Source of the DNA: Candidatus Latescibacterota bacterium
GTDB lineage: Bacteria > Latescibacterota > UBA2968 > UBA8231
DNA length: 64,000 nt
Reading direction: 5' to 3'
Assembly (NCBI GenBank): GCA_965261395.1
Contig: OZ253462.1
Span: forward strand, 5,536,001 to 5,600,000
Each line of letters begins with the position of its first letter. Positions within the stretch are counted from its first letter, which is position 1. Shown here one piece after another: positions 8,531 to 18,776 of this stretch. Below the pieces are notes generated by a model that saw only the letters and a program-made list of their open reading frames with translations, did not search any database and was not told where the DNA came from. The translations under genes and the position numbers were made by a program.

Positions 8531-9804
8531 CAGTGCTCTCCTTTGGTTTGCGTGAGTACGTAAGGCCCTTGGGGCACAACCGCTGTGCGCGCCCCGACAC
8601 CGTGCCGCGCCAAGGCTGCGGCTAGCCCTTGCTCCACAGAGGAAATGACCTCGACCCACACCTTGTCGCGGCACTGAGGATCAATGCCCTCCGAGTAGCA
8701 CATGACCTCGGCCTTGTCGAGCACCTTGCACAGCTCTTGTAACTGCCATTGGTCGATGGCGAAGAAATCGGGATCCGCGAGGCGAGCCGCGAATTCAGCG
8801 GCACCGGATGCGCCGAGCAGCATTTCCGCAAATTCTGGGCTGCCCAAGCCCTCGGCGCAGCGAGCGGCAATGAGGATCGTCCCACCCTCTTTGACAATGG
8901 GCAACACCGCCGTCAGGCCCTTAACAGCTTGGTAAAACGTCAGGTCGAGCGGCCAGCCAGCACTGCTGGTGACCGCGATGTCAACCGGCTCGTCAACCAA
9001 GACGCCGTTCTGCTGCTCGACGAAGCGGGCTCCTTCGGCATGGGCCTTCTCTAGGTCGCCGCAGAACAGGCCGGTGATTTGCCGCCGGTCGTTCATAGCC
9101 ACATTGAACGTAAAATCAACCCCGGCGTGCTGCGCCACTTCGAGGGCTTGGCGGTGGAAAGGATTCCCTTCAATTGAGCCTTCGCACGCCTGGGGGTGGC
9201 TCAACAGCTCGGGGCCGTGCAGGACGCGCATCGTCTCAATACCCATCAATCCCGGGCAGATGGCCTTGCGGCCGCCCGAGTACCCGGCCATCAAGTGCGG
9301 CTCGATTAGCGAGGTGGCGATTTTTAGGTCGGCCTCCATGTAGAGTGCGGCGATCCATATTGGGGCACCGCCCGAGGTTTCTCCCAGATAGGTCAGGGTC
9401 TCGCGGCGGCGGGCAGTGTGGTTGACGATGCGATAGTTGCGGGCGATGTCGGCCCCGACGAGCTGTACCAATTCCTCGCCTTCGTTGGGCCGGTGTAGGC
9501 CGGTGCCGACCAACAGGGTAATATCCTCGCGGGCGATGCCTTCCTCTTCGAGAATCCGCAGCATCGGCGGCAAAATGACGGCGTTGGGCACCGGGCGGGT
9601 AATATCGGCAATGACTACGCAGGCATTCTTACGTCCCCGCGCCAGCCGCCGCAAAGACGGAGTCCCTATCGGATAGGCCAGCGCGTGATCCATCCGCTTC
9701 TCGATTCGGTCGAGCCCATCACTCGCGGCCATCTGCAATACCTCGGCCGAGTCGGGCACTTCGATTTCGAGGCCGTCGCGGCCATAGTCGAGCTTTATTT
9801 TCAT
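8530..9804 (-). CDS. larA: Nickel-pincer-dependent lactate racemase family protein (LarA homolog)
   Basis: 'DITRPVP', 'TGLHR', 'EPHLMAGYSGGRKAICPG' and 'YQAVKG' LarA motifs. Confidence 0.85.
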   Translation of the reverse strand: MKIKLDYGRDGLEIEVPDSAEVLQMAASDGLDRIEKRMDHALAYPIGTPSLRRLARGRKNACVVIADITRPVPNAVILPPMLRILEEEGIAREDITLLVGTGLHRPNEGEELVQLVGADIARNYRIVNHTARRRETLTYLGETSGGAPIWIAALYMEADLKIATSLIEPHLMAGYSGGRKAICPGLMGIETMRVLHGPELLSHPQACEGSIEGNPFHRQALEVAQHAGVDFTFNVAMNDRRQITGLFCGDLEKAHAEGARFVEQQNGVLVDEPVDIAVTSSAGWPLDLTFYQAVKGLTAVLPIVKEGGTILIAARCAEGLGSPEFAEMLLGASGAAEFAARLADPDFFAIDQWQLQELCKVLDKAEVMCYSEGIDPQCRDKVWVEVISSVEQGLAAALARHGVGARTAVVPQGPYVLTQTKGEH

Positions 9805-9813
9805 TGCGTATGC

Positions 9814-10683
9814 CTAGGCCAGTTTGTTCTCGAGATACGCGCGAAACGCCGCGCCGAACTCCTGGTCGGCCAAGGCGAAATCCGCGAAGGCCCGGTAGTA
9901 CGTAAGCGGCGTTCCTATGTCGTAGCGCGCCTCGTCGCTCGCAAGGCGTGTGCAGCGGACCTCGGCCCCGCGTTGGATCAGGACGCGGATGGCATCGGTC
10001 AACCACAACTCGCCGCCAACCCCAGGCTCAATCTCGTCAATGGCGGCGAAAATCTCCGGTGAAAAAATATAGCGGGCCGCAACCGCCAGACAACTCGGCG
10101 CGGCTTCCACCAACGGTTTTTCAACAATATCGGCGATGGCAAAGTCTTCATCGACCTCGCCTCGCGGTGTGACCACGCCGTACTTGTAGGTCTCCTCGCG
10201 CGGCACTTCCCATACGGCAATGGTGGCAGCCGCACCCCGTTGGACATGCGACTCCATCATCCGGCCGACTACCCCTGGCACCCGCGGCGAGGTGATAATC
10301 GTGTCGCCGAACCCCACTACGAACGGCTCGTCACCCACGAATTCCCGCGCATGGCGCACGGCATCGGCATTGCCGGTGGGCCGTCGCTGCCGCACATAGT
10401 AGAATTCAACGCCCTCGGCCGCGTAGTCAACCTCGTCGATCGCACTATCGCCCAAGCGCGCCTCAAGCTCGGGATCGTCGTCGAAGTGATCCTCAATCGA
10501 GCGCTTCTTGCGGCCCGTTACAAAGAGAAACTTGTCCAACCCCTGCTCGATCATCTCTTCGACCACATACTGCACGACTGGCTTGCAACCAACGGGCAGC
10601 ATCTCTTTGGGTTGGGACTTGGTCGCCGGCAGCAGGCGAGTGCCCAAACCCGCAACGGGGAATACGGCTTTGCGAATCGACAC
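9814..10683 (-). CDS. galU: UTP--glucose-1-phosphate uridylyltransferase
   Basis: 'KAVFPVAGLGTRLLPATKSQPKEMLP' and 'VEKP' motifs. Confidence 0.9.
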   Translation of the reverse strand: MSIRKAVFPVAGLGTRLLPATKSQPKEMLPVGCKPVVQYVVEEMIEQGLDKFLFVTGRKKRSIEDHFDDDPELEARLGDSAIDEVDYAAEGVEFYYVRQRRPTGNADAVRHAREFVGDEPFVVGFGDTIITSPRVPGVVGRMMESHVQRGAAATIAVWEVPREETYKYGVVTPRGEVDEDFAIADIVEKPLVEAAPSCLAVAARYIFSPEIFAAIDEIEPGVGGELWLTDAIRVLIQRGAEVRCTRLASDEARYDIGTPLTYYRAFADFALADQEFGAAFRAYLENKLA

Positions 10684-10805
10684 GGTTTCTTTTTATTTTA
10701 AGTTTAAGAGAATCAAGGACATAACTAAAAATAGCACCTAGTGAAAATAGGGTGTAAGAGGTGCTAAATCAAGCCCGGCCAGCCCGCTCTTACGCCGCCA
10801 ACCCC

Positions 10806-11852
10806 ATGTTTGACTTGGCCCCAACTCGCCTGCGCACCCTCGTGGAAGCGTTTCCCGCGCTACGCATCGGCGTAGTCGGCGATTTTTTCCTCGACTCCTA
10901 CTTCGAATGCGACCCAGCCCTCAACGAAAAGTCGCTCGAGACCGGCAAGACCTGCTATCAGGTGATCGGCTACCGCCGCCAACCTGGGGCCGCCGGCAAT
11001 GTCGCCGCCAACCTGCTCGCCCTCGGCGTGGGTGCGGTCGAGGCTGTGGGCTATTGCGGCGACGACGGCGAAGGCTACGAGCTGCGACGGGCTATGCGCC
11101 GGCAGGACTTAGACTTGACCGGCTTTATCACGGCTCCGGGCCGCTTGACCCCAACCTATCAAAAGTCCTGCTACGTCGATGGCAGCCAGCGCGGCCGACC
11201 CGTACTTGAGGAACTAGAGCGGCTCGATGTCAAAAACCGCCGCCCTACCCCTACCAGCCTCCAGCGCGATCTCATCGACCATGTCCGCCAGCGCCTGAGC
11301 CACTGGGACGGGCTCGTGCTAATCGACCAAGTCGCCGAAGCCAATTGCGGCGTCCTCACCACGCGCGTGCGCCGCGCCATCGCCACTGCTCTCGGCCCCC
11401 AGCCCAAGCTCGTGGTCCTCGCCGATTCACGCACGCGCATCGGGCTATTTAAGCGCGCCATCCTCAAGCCCAACCAGCGCGAGGCTTGGGCCGCGCTCGG
11501 CAGCCAAGGGAGCTTGTCGCTAAAGACAGCGCACCACCACGCCCACGTACTCAGTAACCGGACTGGTCGCCCGGTGTTTCTAACGCTTGGCAATAGGGGG
11601 ATACTCGTAGCCGACGGCAACGCGGTTGAGCACGTGCCGGCCGTATGCCTTACCGCACCCGTTGATCCGGTTGGCGCCGGGGATACTTGTGCGGCCGTTA
11701 TCAGCGCGGCCTTGGCAGCAGGTGCCGGACTAACAGAAGCAGCGGCGATAGCCTGCTTGGCCGCGTCAATTACCGCTCAGCAGGCTGGCACGACCGGCAC
11801 GGCCTCGCCAACCGAGCTAAGCCTCCGCTTGCATCAGTTGCGGCGGCGTTAA
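10806..11852 (+). CDS. PfkB-family carbohydrate kinase, HldE/RfaE domain I-like
   Basis: 'VVGDFFLD', 'PGAAGNVAANL', 'KPN' and 'DPVGAGD' motifs; no adenylyltransferase domain. Confidence 0.8.
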   Translation: MFDLAPTRLRTLVEAFPALRIGVVGDFFLDSYFECDPALNEKSLETGKTCYQVIGYRRQPGAAGNVAANLLALGVGAVEAVGYCGDDGEGYELRRAMRRQDLDLTGFITAPGRLTPTYQKSCYVDGSQRGRPVLEELERLDVKNRRPTPTSLQRDLIDHVRQRLSHWDGLVLIDQVAEANCGVLTTRVRRAIATALGPQPKLVVLADSRTRIGLFKRAILKPNQREAWAALGSQGSLSLKTAHHHAHVLSNRTGRPVFLTLGNRGILVADGNAVEHVPAVCLTAPVDPVGAGDTCAAVISAALAAGAGLTEAAAIACLAASITAQQAGTTGTASPTELSLRLHQLRRR

Positions 11853-13687
11853 GATGCATAGGTCTGTTCAACGACTGTGCGATAGCGCTCGACGATCGCC
11901 TTGGGCACGATCTTCTTCAGGCCCTTGGTTAAGGTCCCGGCGTCCTCGCTTAGCGGCTCGGGCAAGAGCGCGACGCGCTGCGGCCGCTGGTAGTTCGGCA
12001 AGCCGGCGGCCGTGGCCTCGGCAAGGAATCCTTCGCGGATCCGCTCGCCCAAGCTCGGATGCGTGCGCAGGGCGGCCTCGTCTTCCAGTGGCAACCCGTC
12101 AATGCCGCTCTTTTTTGCCTCCTCCACATCCACCGTCACCAACGGCAGCGGGTAATCGCGCTGCTGGTCGCCGTACACAAGCACGTGCTCGACTAGGGAC
12201 ACTCGGGCGAAAATCCGCTCCAAGGCTTCGGGATTGACGAACTCACCATTGCGCAGCTTGAACTGCCGGCCAACCCGCCCGTGGAACGCGAGAAAACCCT
12301 CGTCATCCATGCTGAACAAGTCGCCGGTCCGATACCAGATCTGGCCTCCCTCCTCCACTAGCACCTGCTCGGTCTGTTCAGGGTCGTGCAAATACCCACG
12401 CATGACATTGGGGCCGCTGGTCCACAGCTCTCCGACCTGGTCGCCGCTGGGCCGGCACTGGGCCTGCGCTGGATCGTTGTAACCAATTTCCGACCCGTCT
12501 TCGGCCACGATCTTCACCGCCTGCAACGGCCTTCCCACTGTGCCGCTTTTGCGCCCGCCGAGATGGTTGGCGGCAATCAGCGGCGCGCACTCGGTCGTGC
12601 CATAGCCCTCGTACGTGGTGATGTCGAGCACCTCGTGAAAGAAGTCCAACGCCTTGGGATCGGCCTTAGCCGAACCGACGATCAAAAGCGCTAGATGAGG
12701 CCCGACTCGCGTGGCGAGCTGGGCGCGAATTTTGCCGACGATTGAACGGCCTATGGCAGCCAAAAAGAGCTTGTCGCCCAGCCCAGCCTGACCGCGTGCC
12801 AATCGTTCCTTGGCCGCCACCGAACGCTGGATCAAGCCCCCCTTGACGCCGCCAGCGTCGATTTCCTTGCGCACATTGCCGTACACTTTGTCGAGTATCA
12901 GCGGCACGGTGAGGAAGCCCTCCGGCTCTGAGAGGCGAATGTCGCTGAGGACGCGGTCGGGCGAGCGCGCCAAGTCCAAAATCCACCCCTTAGCCAAGGG
13001 ATAGTAGATGTTGAGGATTCCCATGGAGTGGTAGTCGGGCGCGGACTTGAACATGCGGAGCGGCTGGCGCTTGCTAATCACATCCCAAACCTCTTCGACG
13101 TTGGCGACGATGTTGGCGTGGGTCTGGATCACGCCCTTGGGCAGGCCGGACGAACCCGAGGTATAGAGAATTTTTGATTCATCCTCTGGCAGCACCTCGA
13201 CCTCGGGCACGGCCGCGCTGCTCTCCGCCAGCTCTTGCCAAGGGATCGCGTCCTCGGCCTGACCCTCGGTCAACACAATCCGCGGCCTCTTGTCGAGCCG
13301 CTCCCGGACGGCATCAAACCGCTCGTAGCCCTTGCGATCCACAATCAGCAGCTCGACCGCAGAGTGTGCGATGCTGTGGGCGAGTACCTCGTCAGGGGAC
13401 TGGATGCACAGCGGCACCGCACTGACCCCGATGCAGTCGGTCGCCAAAAAAACCAAGAGCGGCTCGCTGCCGCCATCGGTGAGGATGCCCACGCGCTGGC
13501 CCTTGGCCAAGCCCTGCGCCGCAAGGCCCGCCGCGAGCTGATCGCGGAGACCTTTGAGTTCCGCGTAAGTCACGGGCTGGTAGCTCCATGCGCGACTACC
13601 CTCTATGGGCTTGAGCACGCGAATGGCCGTCTGTTCGGCATAAGTTGCGAAGCTATGATTGAGTAGGTCCTTCAGCGTTTTTCCCAT
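11849..13687 (-). CDS. AMP-dependent synthetase, long-chain fatty acid--CoA ligase-like
   Basis: 'YTSGSSGLPKG', 'EGYGTTE' and 'YRTGD' motifs. Confidence 0.9.
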   Translation of the reverse strand: MGKTLKDLLNHSFATYAEQTAIRVLKPIEGSRAWSYQPVTYAELKGLRDQLAAGLAAQGLAKGQRVGILTDGGSEPLLVFLATDCIGVSAVPLCIQSPDEVLAHSIAHSAVELLIVDRKGYERFDAVRERLDKRPRIVLTEGQAEDAIPWQELAESSAAVPEVEVLPEDESKILYTSGSSGLPKGVIQTHANIVANVEEVWDVISKRQPLRMFKSAPDYHSMGILNIYYPLAKGWILDLARSPDRVLSDIRLSEPEGFLTVPLILDKVYGNVRKEIDAGGVKGGLIQRSVAAKERLARGQAGLGDKLFLAAIGRSIVGKIRAQLATRVGPHLALLIVGSAKADPKALDFFHEVLDITTYEGYGTTECAPLIAANHLGGRKSGTVGRPLQAVKIVAEDGSEIGYNDPAQAQCRPSGDQVGELWTSGPNVMRGYLHDPEQTEQVLVEEGGQIWYRTGDLFSMDDEGFLAFHGRVGRQFKLRNGEFVNPEALERIFARVSLVEHVLVYGDQQRDYPLPLVTVDVEEAKKSGIDGLPLEDEAALRTHPSLGERIREGFLAEATAAGLPNYQRPQRVALLPEPLSEDAGTLTKGLKKIVPKAIVERYRTVVEQTYAS

Positions 13688-13788
13688 CGCAAACCTCTTT
13701 GCGGTGATTGGTATCGTCGTCCTTTGCGGCGCGCAAAAGGGCCGCTCCAGCCATTGCCCACGCGACCCGGCGACCGCATCTTCCCCAT

Positions 13789-15417
13789 ATGAATTTTCTC
13801 TGCAACCGCGCCTTGGTCTTGCTGCTCTTGACCTGCCCGGTCGCCTCTTCGGCTCAGCCCTCGGTGGCCATGTTCGGCTACTCGCTCAGCATGGGCAGCG
13901 TCACCGTGGACCAAGAGCAGCTATATCGCCTCAGCCTCCGGCCCGACTTTCCCATGGGCCGCTTGGGCATTGGCCTCGACTTAGAGCTTTTTATCGAGCG
14001 CAATGGCGACCTCGGGTCACGCGGCTGGGAGGCTGGCTCGTCAACCCAAACCTTCGACTCGATCTTGCGCAAGATCTACTACGTGCGCTATGGCCGCCCC
14101 AACGACGCGGTGTACATCAAAATCGGCGCACTCGACAACGTGACGCTGGGATACGGCCTAATCATGGACAGCTACCGCAATACCCTGCACTATCCAGGCA
14201 TCAAGAAAACCGGACTCCAGCTCCGCATCGCCAATCTCGTCGGCACGAATATCGGACTCGAAGGAGCGATCAACAACCTGCAAGACTTCCAAGAAGGCGG
14301 CGCGCTCATCGGCCTGCGGGCCTTTGGCTACGTCGCCAACATCGAGCTAGGTTTGACCTTTGCGGCCGATCTCGACCAGTACAGCGGCCTGCGCGACAGC
14401 GATTCCGACGGCGTGCCCGACCCCATTGACGCCTTCCCAGATGACGGCGATTTTGCCCTCGACAACGACGGCGACGGCGTGCCCGACCACCTCGACAGCG
14501 ACGACGACAATGACGGCATCATCGACGCCGACGCCGGCAGCGGCCTCTCCGCCGACATCGCCGCCGCCTTGTTGGGGCTCAACGCCAATTACGGCAACGC
14601 CTTCCCCGTGGACCAAGACGTGGACCGCCACAAGCCCTTCAACAGAAACCAAGTTGGCCGCGACTTCTTTTCGATCGTGGGCGTGGACGCGAGCTATCCG
14701 CTCATCCACGACCTAGGCCTAGAGCTCAAGCTCTACGGCCAATTCGCCCTGCTGCTCGACGACGACGACGCCCTTGCCAGCTTTGAGGCGCAACAGCAGG
14801 GCGTCTCCCCCGGCAATCGCCAAGCGACCGGGTTCGGGATCGCCGCCCCAGGCCTGTGGCTGGCTTTAGGCCCGCTCAACGGCCAACTGGAGTTTCGCCA
14901 CTTCCGCCGCGATTTCGACTCGCGCTACTTCGACGAGCTGTACGAACTCGACCGCGCTCACCTCGACCGCGCTACCGGACAGGCCCAGTCCAAGGATGCA
15001 CGGCTGGGCCACAGCAGCGATCTCTCCGGCTTCTTCGGTCACTTGGGCACGGAACTCGGCTCGTACGCGCATGTCTCGGCCTCCTATCAGTACCTAACCG
15101 GCACCAGCGACCCCAAACAGCAACTCATCGCCAGCGCATCCCTGTCGCGCAAACTGCTCAAACACTTCCCCCGCCTCAAGCGCGCGTACGCTTATTTTTA
15201 CAAGAACAACATCGGCCGGGGCCTCAACGAGGACGGCACCGGCAAGGACGGCTTCTTCGAGCCGACTGAGGACACCTTCTACGGCTTTGACATCGGCCTG
15301 AACATGAAAGAAGGCTCCTCCGTGCGCTGGGATACCCGCTTCATCTTCGGGCGCACCGCCGATCGGCGCTTACAGCGCCACAAAATCATGACCCTCGAAA
15401 CCGTGTTCGACTTTTAA
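13789..15417 (+). CDS. Probable outer-membrane beta-barrel protein with thrombospondin type-3-like Ca-binding repeats
   Basis: Signal peptide; amphipathic strands; DSDSDGVPD/DNDGDGVPD/DDDNDGIID repeats; C-terminal Phe. Confidence 0.65.
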   Translation: MNFLCNRALVLLLLTCPVASSAQPSVAMFGYSLSMGSVTVDQEQLYRLSLRPDFPMGRLGIGLDLELFIERNGDLGSRGWEAGSSTQTFDSILRKIYYVRYGRPNDAVYIKIGALDNVTLGYGLIMDSYRNTLHYPGIKKTGLQLRIANLVGTNIGLEGAINNLQDFQEGGALIGLRAFGYVANIELGLTFAADLDQYSGLRDSDSDGVPDPIDAFPDDGDFALDNDGDGVPDHLDSDDDNDGIIDADAGSGLSADIAAALLGLNANYGNAFPVDQDVDRHKPFNRNQVGRDFFSIVGVDASYPLIHDLGLELKLYGQFALLLDDDDALASFEAQQQGVSPGNRQATGFGIAAPGLWLALGPLNGQLEFRHFRRDFDSRYFDELYELDRAHLDRATGQAQSKDARLGHSSDLSGFFGHLGTELGSYAHVSASYQYLTGTSDPKQQLIASASLSRKLLKHFPRLKRAYAYFYKNNIGRGLNEDGTGKDGFFEPTEDTFYGFDIGLNMKEGSSVRWDTRFIFGRTADRRLQRHKIMTLETVFDF

Positions 15418-15418
15418 T

Positions 15419-16531
15419 ATGAAAATCACTCGCGTATCCGCCCATTACCTGCGCCTGCCCGACGTCACTACCCGCTGCGACGGCACGCAGGACACCTGTC
15501 TGATCCAAATAGAAACCGACGCCGGCATCACCGGCTGGGGAGAGGTCGATTCGGCCCCTACCGTGGTCAAGGCCGTCGTCGAGGCCCCGCTCTCCCACCA
15601 GATTAGCAACGGCCTCGCCAACGCCCTCGTGGGCCTCGACCCGCTGGCCATCGACGTCTGCGGAGATCGCATGCTCGGAGCGGCCAATTACTACGGCCGC
15701 GTCGGCGTGGGCACGCACGCTATGGCTGGCGTCAACCTCGCGCTGTGGGACATTGCGGGCAAGGCGCGCGGCTGCCCGGCCTACGAACTGTTCGGCGGCC
15801 CCTATCAAACCAAATTCCGCGCGTATTGCTCCATCCTCTTCGGCGACACGCCGCAAGAGACCGGCGAGCTGGCCCGCCGCTTTGCCGCAGAGGGATTCAC
15901 GGCCATCAAATTTGGTTGGGGACCGATGGGGCAGAGCGAGGCAAACGACATCGCCTTGGTGCGCGAAGCGCGGAAGGGGGCTGGGCCAGATGTGGACATC
16001 TTGGTGGATGCTGGGCAGGTGTGGGACTGGAAGACCGGCCTCAAGCGCGCCGAGCAGTTCGCCGAGTACGGCATATTCTGGCTCGAAGAACCCTTGCACC
16101 CCGAGGATGTCGCAGGCTATGCGCACCTCTGCGAGCGCAGCCCGGTGCCCATCGCCACGGGCGAGGCCGAGTCGCGCTATCAGGACTTTGAGCGGCTGCT
16201 CGTCCATGGCCGCATCGACTGGGTGCAGCCGGATCCGGGCCGCTGCGGGCTTTCGACGATGGTCGAGGTCGGCCGCCTCGCCCACCGCCTGCACCGCAAG
16301 GTCGTCAACCACTCGTTCAAAAGCGGCATCACCATCGCGGCCTCGCTCCACGGCCTAGCTGCGGTCCCCCACGGTGAGGTCTTTGAATACTGCATGGCCG
16401 AGTCGCCCTTGCGCCACGACCTGACGCACGAAAAATTCGCGGTCATCGATGGCTACGTTCACGTGCCGGAGGGGCCGGGATTGGGCGTGACCATCAATGA
16501 AGAGATCGTAGAAAAGTATCTAGTGAATTAA
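15419..16531 (+). CDS. Mandelate racemase/muconate lactonizing enzyme family protein
   Basis: 'ALWDIAGK', 'KFG', 'LVDAG', 'WLEEP', 'ATGE' and 'PGLGV' motifs. Confidence 0.9.
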   Translation: MKITRVSAHYLRLPDVTTRCDGTQDTCLIQIETDAGITGWGEVDSAPTVVKAVVEAPLSHQISNGLANALVGLDPLAIDVCGDRMLGAANYYGRVGVGTHAMAGVNLALWDIAGKARGCPAYELFGGPYQTKFRAYCSILFGDTPQETGELARRFAAEGFTAIKFGWGPMGQSEANDIALVREARKGAGPDVDILVDAGQVWDWKTGLKRAEQFAEYGIFWLEEPLHPEDVAGYAHLCERSPVPIATGEAESRYQDFERLLVHGRIDWVQPDPGRCGLSTMVEVGRLAHRLHRKVVNHSFKSGITIAASLHGLAAVPHGEVFEYCMAESPLRHDLTHEKFAVIDGYVHVPEGPGLGVTINEEIVEKYLVN

Positions 16532-16549
16532 CCCCAAAGGTTCCCCACC

Positions 16550-17683
16550 ATGCCCGAGCAACCCACACTCATCATAGACGGCCACCTCGACTTGGCCTTC
16601 AACGCCCTGCATCACCGCCGCGACCTCACCCAAGACATCCACGTCCTGCGCGAGCGCGAAGACCCCAAACCCCCAGGCCCTTCCCACCCCGACTCGCTGC
16701 GCGACAGAAAGCGCCCCGAAAGCACCTCGCGCGGCACCGCCACTGTATCCCTGCCGCAGATGCGCCAAGGCTGCGTCGGTATCGCGCTGTCGACCATTAT
16801 GTGCCGGGTGCAGATGCCCGTCGGCATCCTCGACGACGGCATGAGAACCCAAGAAGCGGCTCACTCCATCGGCCAAGCGCATCTTCACTATTACAAAGCG
16901 CTAGAGCGCGAGGGCCAACTCCGCTTCATCCGCGACCCAAGCGATCTCGACGCGGCCATTGCCGCCTGGCAAAACCCCGACCCAACGACTCCGATCGGCC
17001 TGATTCTGAGCATGGAAAGCGCCGATCCCATCCTTGGCCCCGAGCAAGTAGCTTGGTGGTGGGAGCAGGGCCTGCGCTCGGCCGGGCTGACGCATTTTGG
17101 TGCCAATACCTGGGGGCACGGCACCGGCACCCGCGGCGGGTTGTACGCCGATGCCTATCCCCTGCTCGACGCCCTCGCCGCAACGAACATCGCCCTCGAC
17201 CTGACCCACGCCTCGGATTTGGTCTTCTGGCAGCTTTTGGACTATTGGCAAGGCCCCGTCCACGCCAGTCACTGCAACTGCCGCGCTCTCGTCCCCGGCC
17301 AGCGCCACCTCAGCGACGAGATGATCCAAGCCATCGCCGAGCGCGGCGGCGTCATCGGCGCGGTTTTCGCCGAATTCATGCTCAATCCCGAGATCGACTT
17401 CGACGACCCGGCGACCTATCCGCAAACCGCCCGCCGCCCCATGTCGGCCGTCGTCGATCACATCGACCACATCTGCCAGCTCGTCGGCAACTGCGACCAC
17501 GTCGCCATTGGCTCCGACCTCGACGGCGGCTTCGGACGCGAAATGGCCCCCATCGACTACGACACCATTGCCGACTTGCAACGCTTCCTCGACATCCTCG
17601 ACCGGCGGGGCTATTCGACCAACGACATCGCGGCCATAGCCCACGGCAACCTCTCGCGCTTCTTCCGCCAAGCCTGGAGCTAA
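16550..17683 (+). CDS. Membrane dipeptidase family (M19) amidohydrolase, copy 1
   Basis: 'DGHLD', 'DLTH', 'SHCN', 'HIDHI' and 'IGSDLDG' motifs. Confidence 0.85.
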   Translation: MPEQPTLIIDGHLDLAFNALHHRRDLTQDIHVLREREDPKPPGPSHPDSLRDRKRPESTSRGTATVSLPQMRQGCVGIALSTIMCRVQMPVGILDDGMRTQEAAHSIGQAHLHYYKALEREGQLRFIRDPSDLDAAIAAWQNPDPTTPIGLILSMESADPILGPEQVAWWWEQGLRSAGLTHFGANTWGHGTGTRGGLYADAYPLLDALAATNIALDLTHASDLVFWQLLDYWQGPVHASHCNCRALVPGQRHLSDEMIQAIAERGGVIGAVFAEFMLNPEIDFDDPATYPQTARRPMSAVVDHIDHICQLVGNCDHVAIGSDLDGGFGREMAPIDYDTIADLQRFLDILDRRGYSTNDIAAIAHGNLSRFFRQAWS

Positions 17684-17687
17684 TACA

Positions 17688-18776
17688 ATGACCGACGCGC
17701 GCCCGCTGATCCTCGACAGCCACCTCGATCTAGCCTTCTCCGCCCTGCAAATCAACCGCGACCTAACGCAAAAGGCGGCCACCGTGCGCGTCCACGACTC
17801 GGTGCAGACTATGGAGGGCTTCGGCTCCTGCACGGTGACCTTCCCCGAGCTGCGCCGCGGCAAGGTCGGCCTCTTCTGCGGCACGGTGATGTCGCGCCTA
17901 GACCAAGGCGACCGCTGGACCCGCACCGGCATGTACTGCCAAGCCCAGTGCCACGGCGTCGGCCGTGGACATTTGGCGTACTATCAAGCACTCGAACGCG
18001 CGGGTTTGCTCCGCTTCGTCAAAAGCATCGCGGATCTAGACGAAACCATCGCCGCCTGGCAAAACCCCGACCCAACGACCCCCTTCGGCCTGATCCTCGC
18101 CATGGAGAGCGCCGACCCCATTTTAGGCCCCGACCAAGTGCCCGAGTGGCGCGAACTCGGCTTGCGCCTAGTGTCGATCTCGCATTACGGCACCAGCACC
18201 TACTCGCACGGCACCGGTACCGAAGGCGGACTGTTGCCGCCGGCCAAACCCCTGCTCGACGCGCTCCAAGCGGCCGGCATCATCATCGACTTGACCCACC
18301 TGACCGATCAAGCCCACTGGGAGCTTTTGGACGCGTACGACGGCCCGGTCTGCGCTTCGCACCACAATTGTCGCGCCCTCACCCCCGGCCAGCGCCAGCT
18401 CACCGACGAAATGATCTGCTCCATCGCCGAGCGCGATGGGGTCATCGGCACAGCTTTCGACGCCTGGATGCTCGACCCAGGCTGGCAGCGCAAAGTCCCC
18501 GCCTTTGAACAACTGACCAGCGCTACCTTGGAAACCATCGCCGACCACATCGACCACATCTGCCAGCTTTTGGGCACTTCGCGCCACTGCGGCATTGGCA
18601 CCGACCTCGACGGCGGCTTCGGCACCGAGCAAGCCCCGCGAGACCTCAACACCATCGCCGACCTGCAAAAACTCCAGCCCATCCTCGCGCACCGCGGCTA
18701 CTCCCCAGCAGACATCGCCGGCATTTTCTCTGACAACTGGATACGGCTCTTCAAGGACGTGTGGAGCCATCCGTAG
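17688..18776 (+). CDS. Membrane dipeptidase family (M19) amidohydrolase, copy 2
   Basis: Same motifs (DSHLD, DLTH, SHHN, IGTDLDG); clear paralog of the preceding gene. Confidence 0.85.
   Translation: MTDARPLILDSHLDLAFSALQINRDLTQKAATVRVHDSVQTMEGFGSCTVTFPELRRGKVGLFCGTVMSRLDQGDRWTRTGMYCQAQCHGVGRGHLAYYQALERAGLLRFVKSIADLDETIAAWQNPDPTTPFGLILAMESADPILGPDQVPEWRELGLRLVSISHYGTSTYSHGTGTEGGLLPPAKPLLDALQAAGIIIDLTHLTDQAHWELLDAYDGPVCASHHNCRALTPGQRQLTDEMICSIAERDGVIGTAFDAWMLDPGWQRKVPAFEQLTSATLETIADHIDHICQLLGTSRHCGIGTDLDGGFGTEQAPRDLNTIADLQKLQPILAHRGYSPADIAGIFSDNWIRLFKDVWSHP

Noticed and set aside
15386-17932. Long antisense or alternative-frame ORFs (e.g. 15386-16351, 16801-17691, 16901-17932; also 24643-25545)
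   Set aside because: Shadow ORFs of high-GC genes; no motifs and Arg/Pro/Ala-rich
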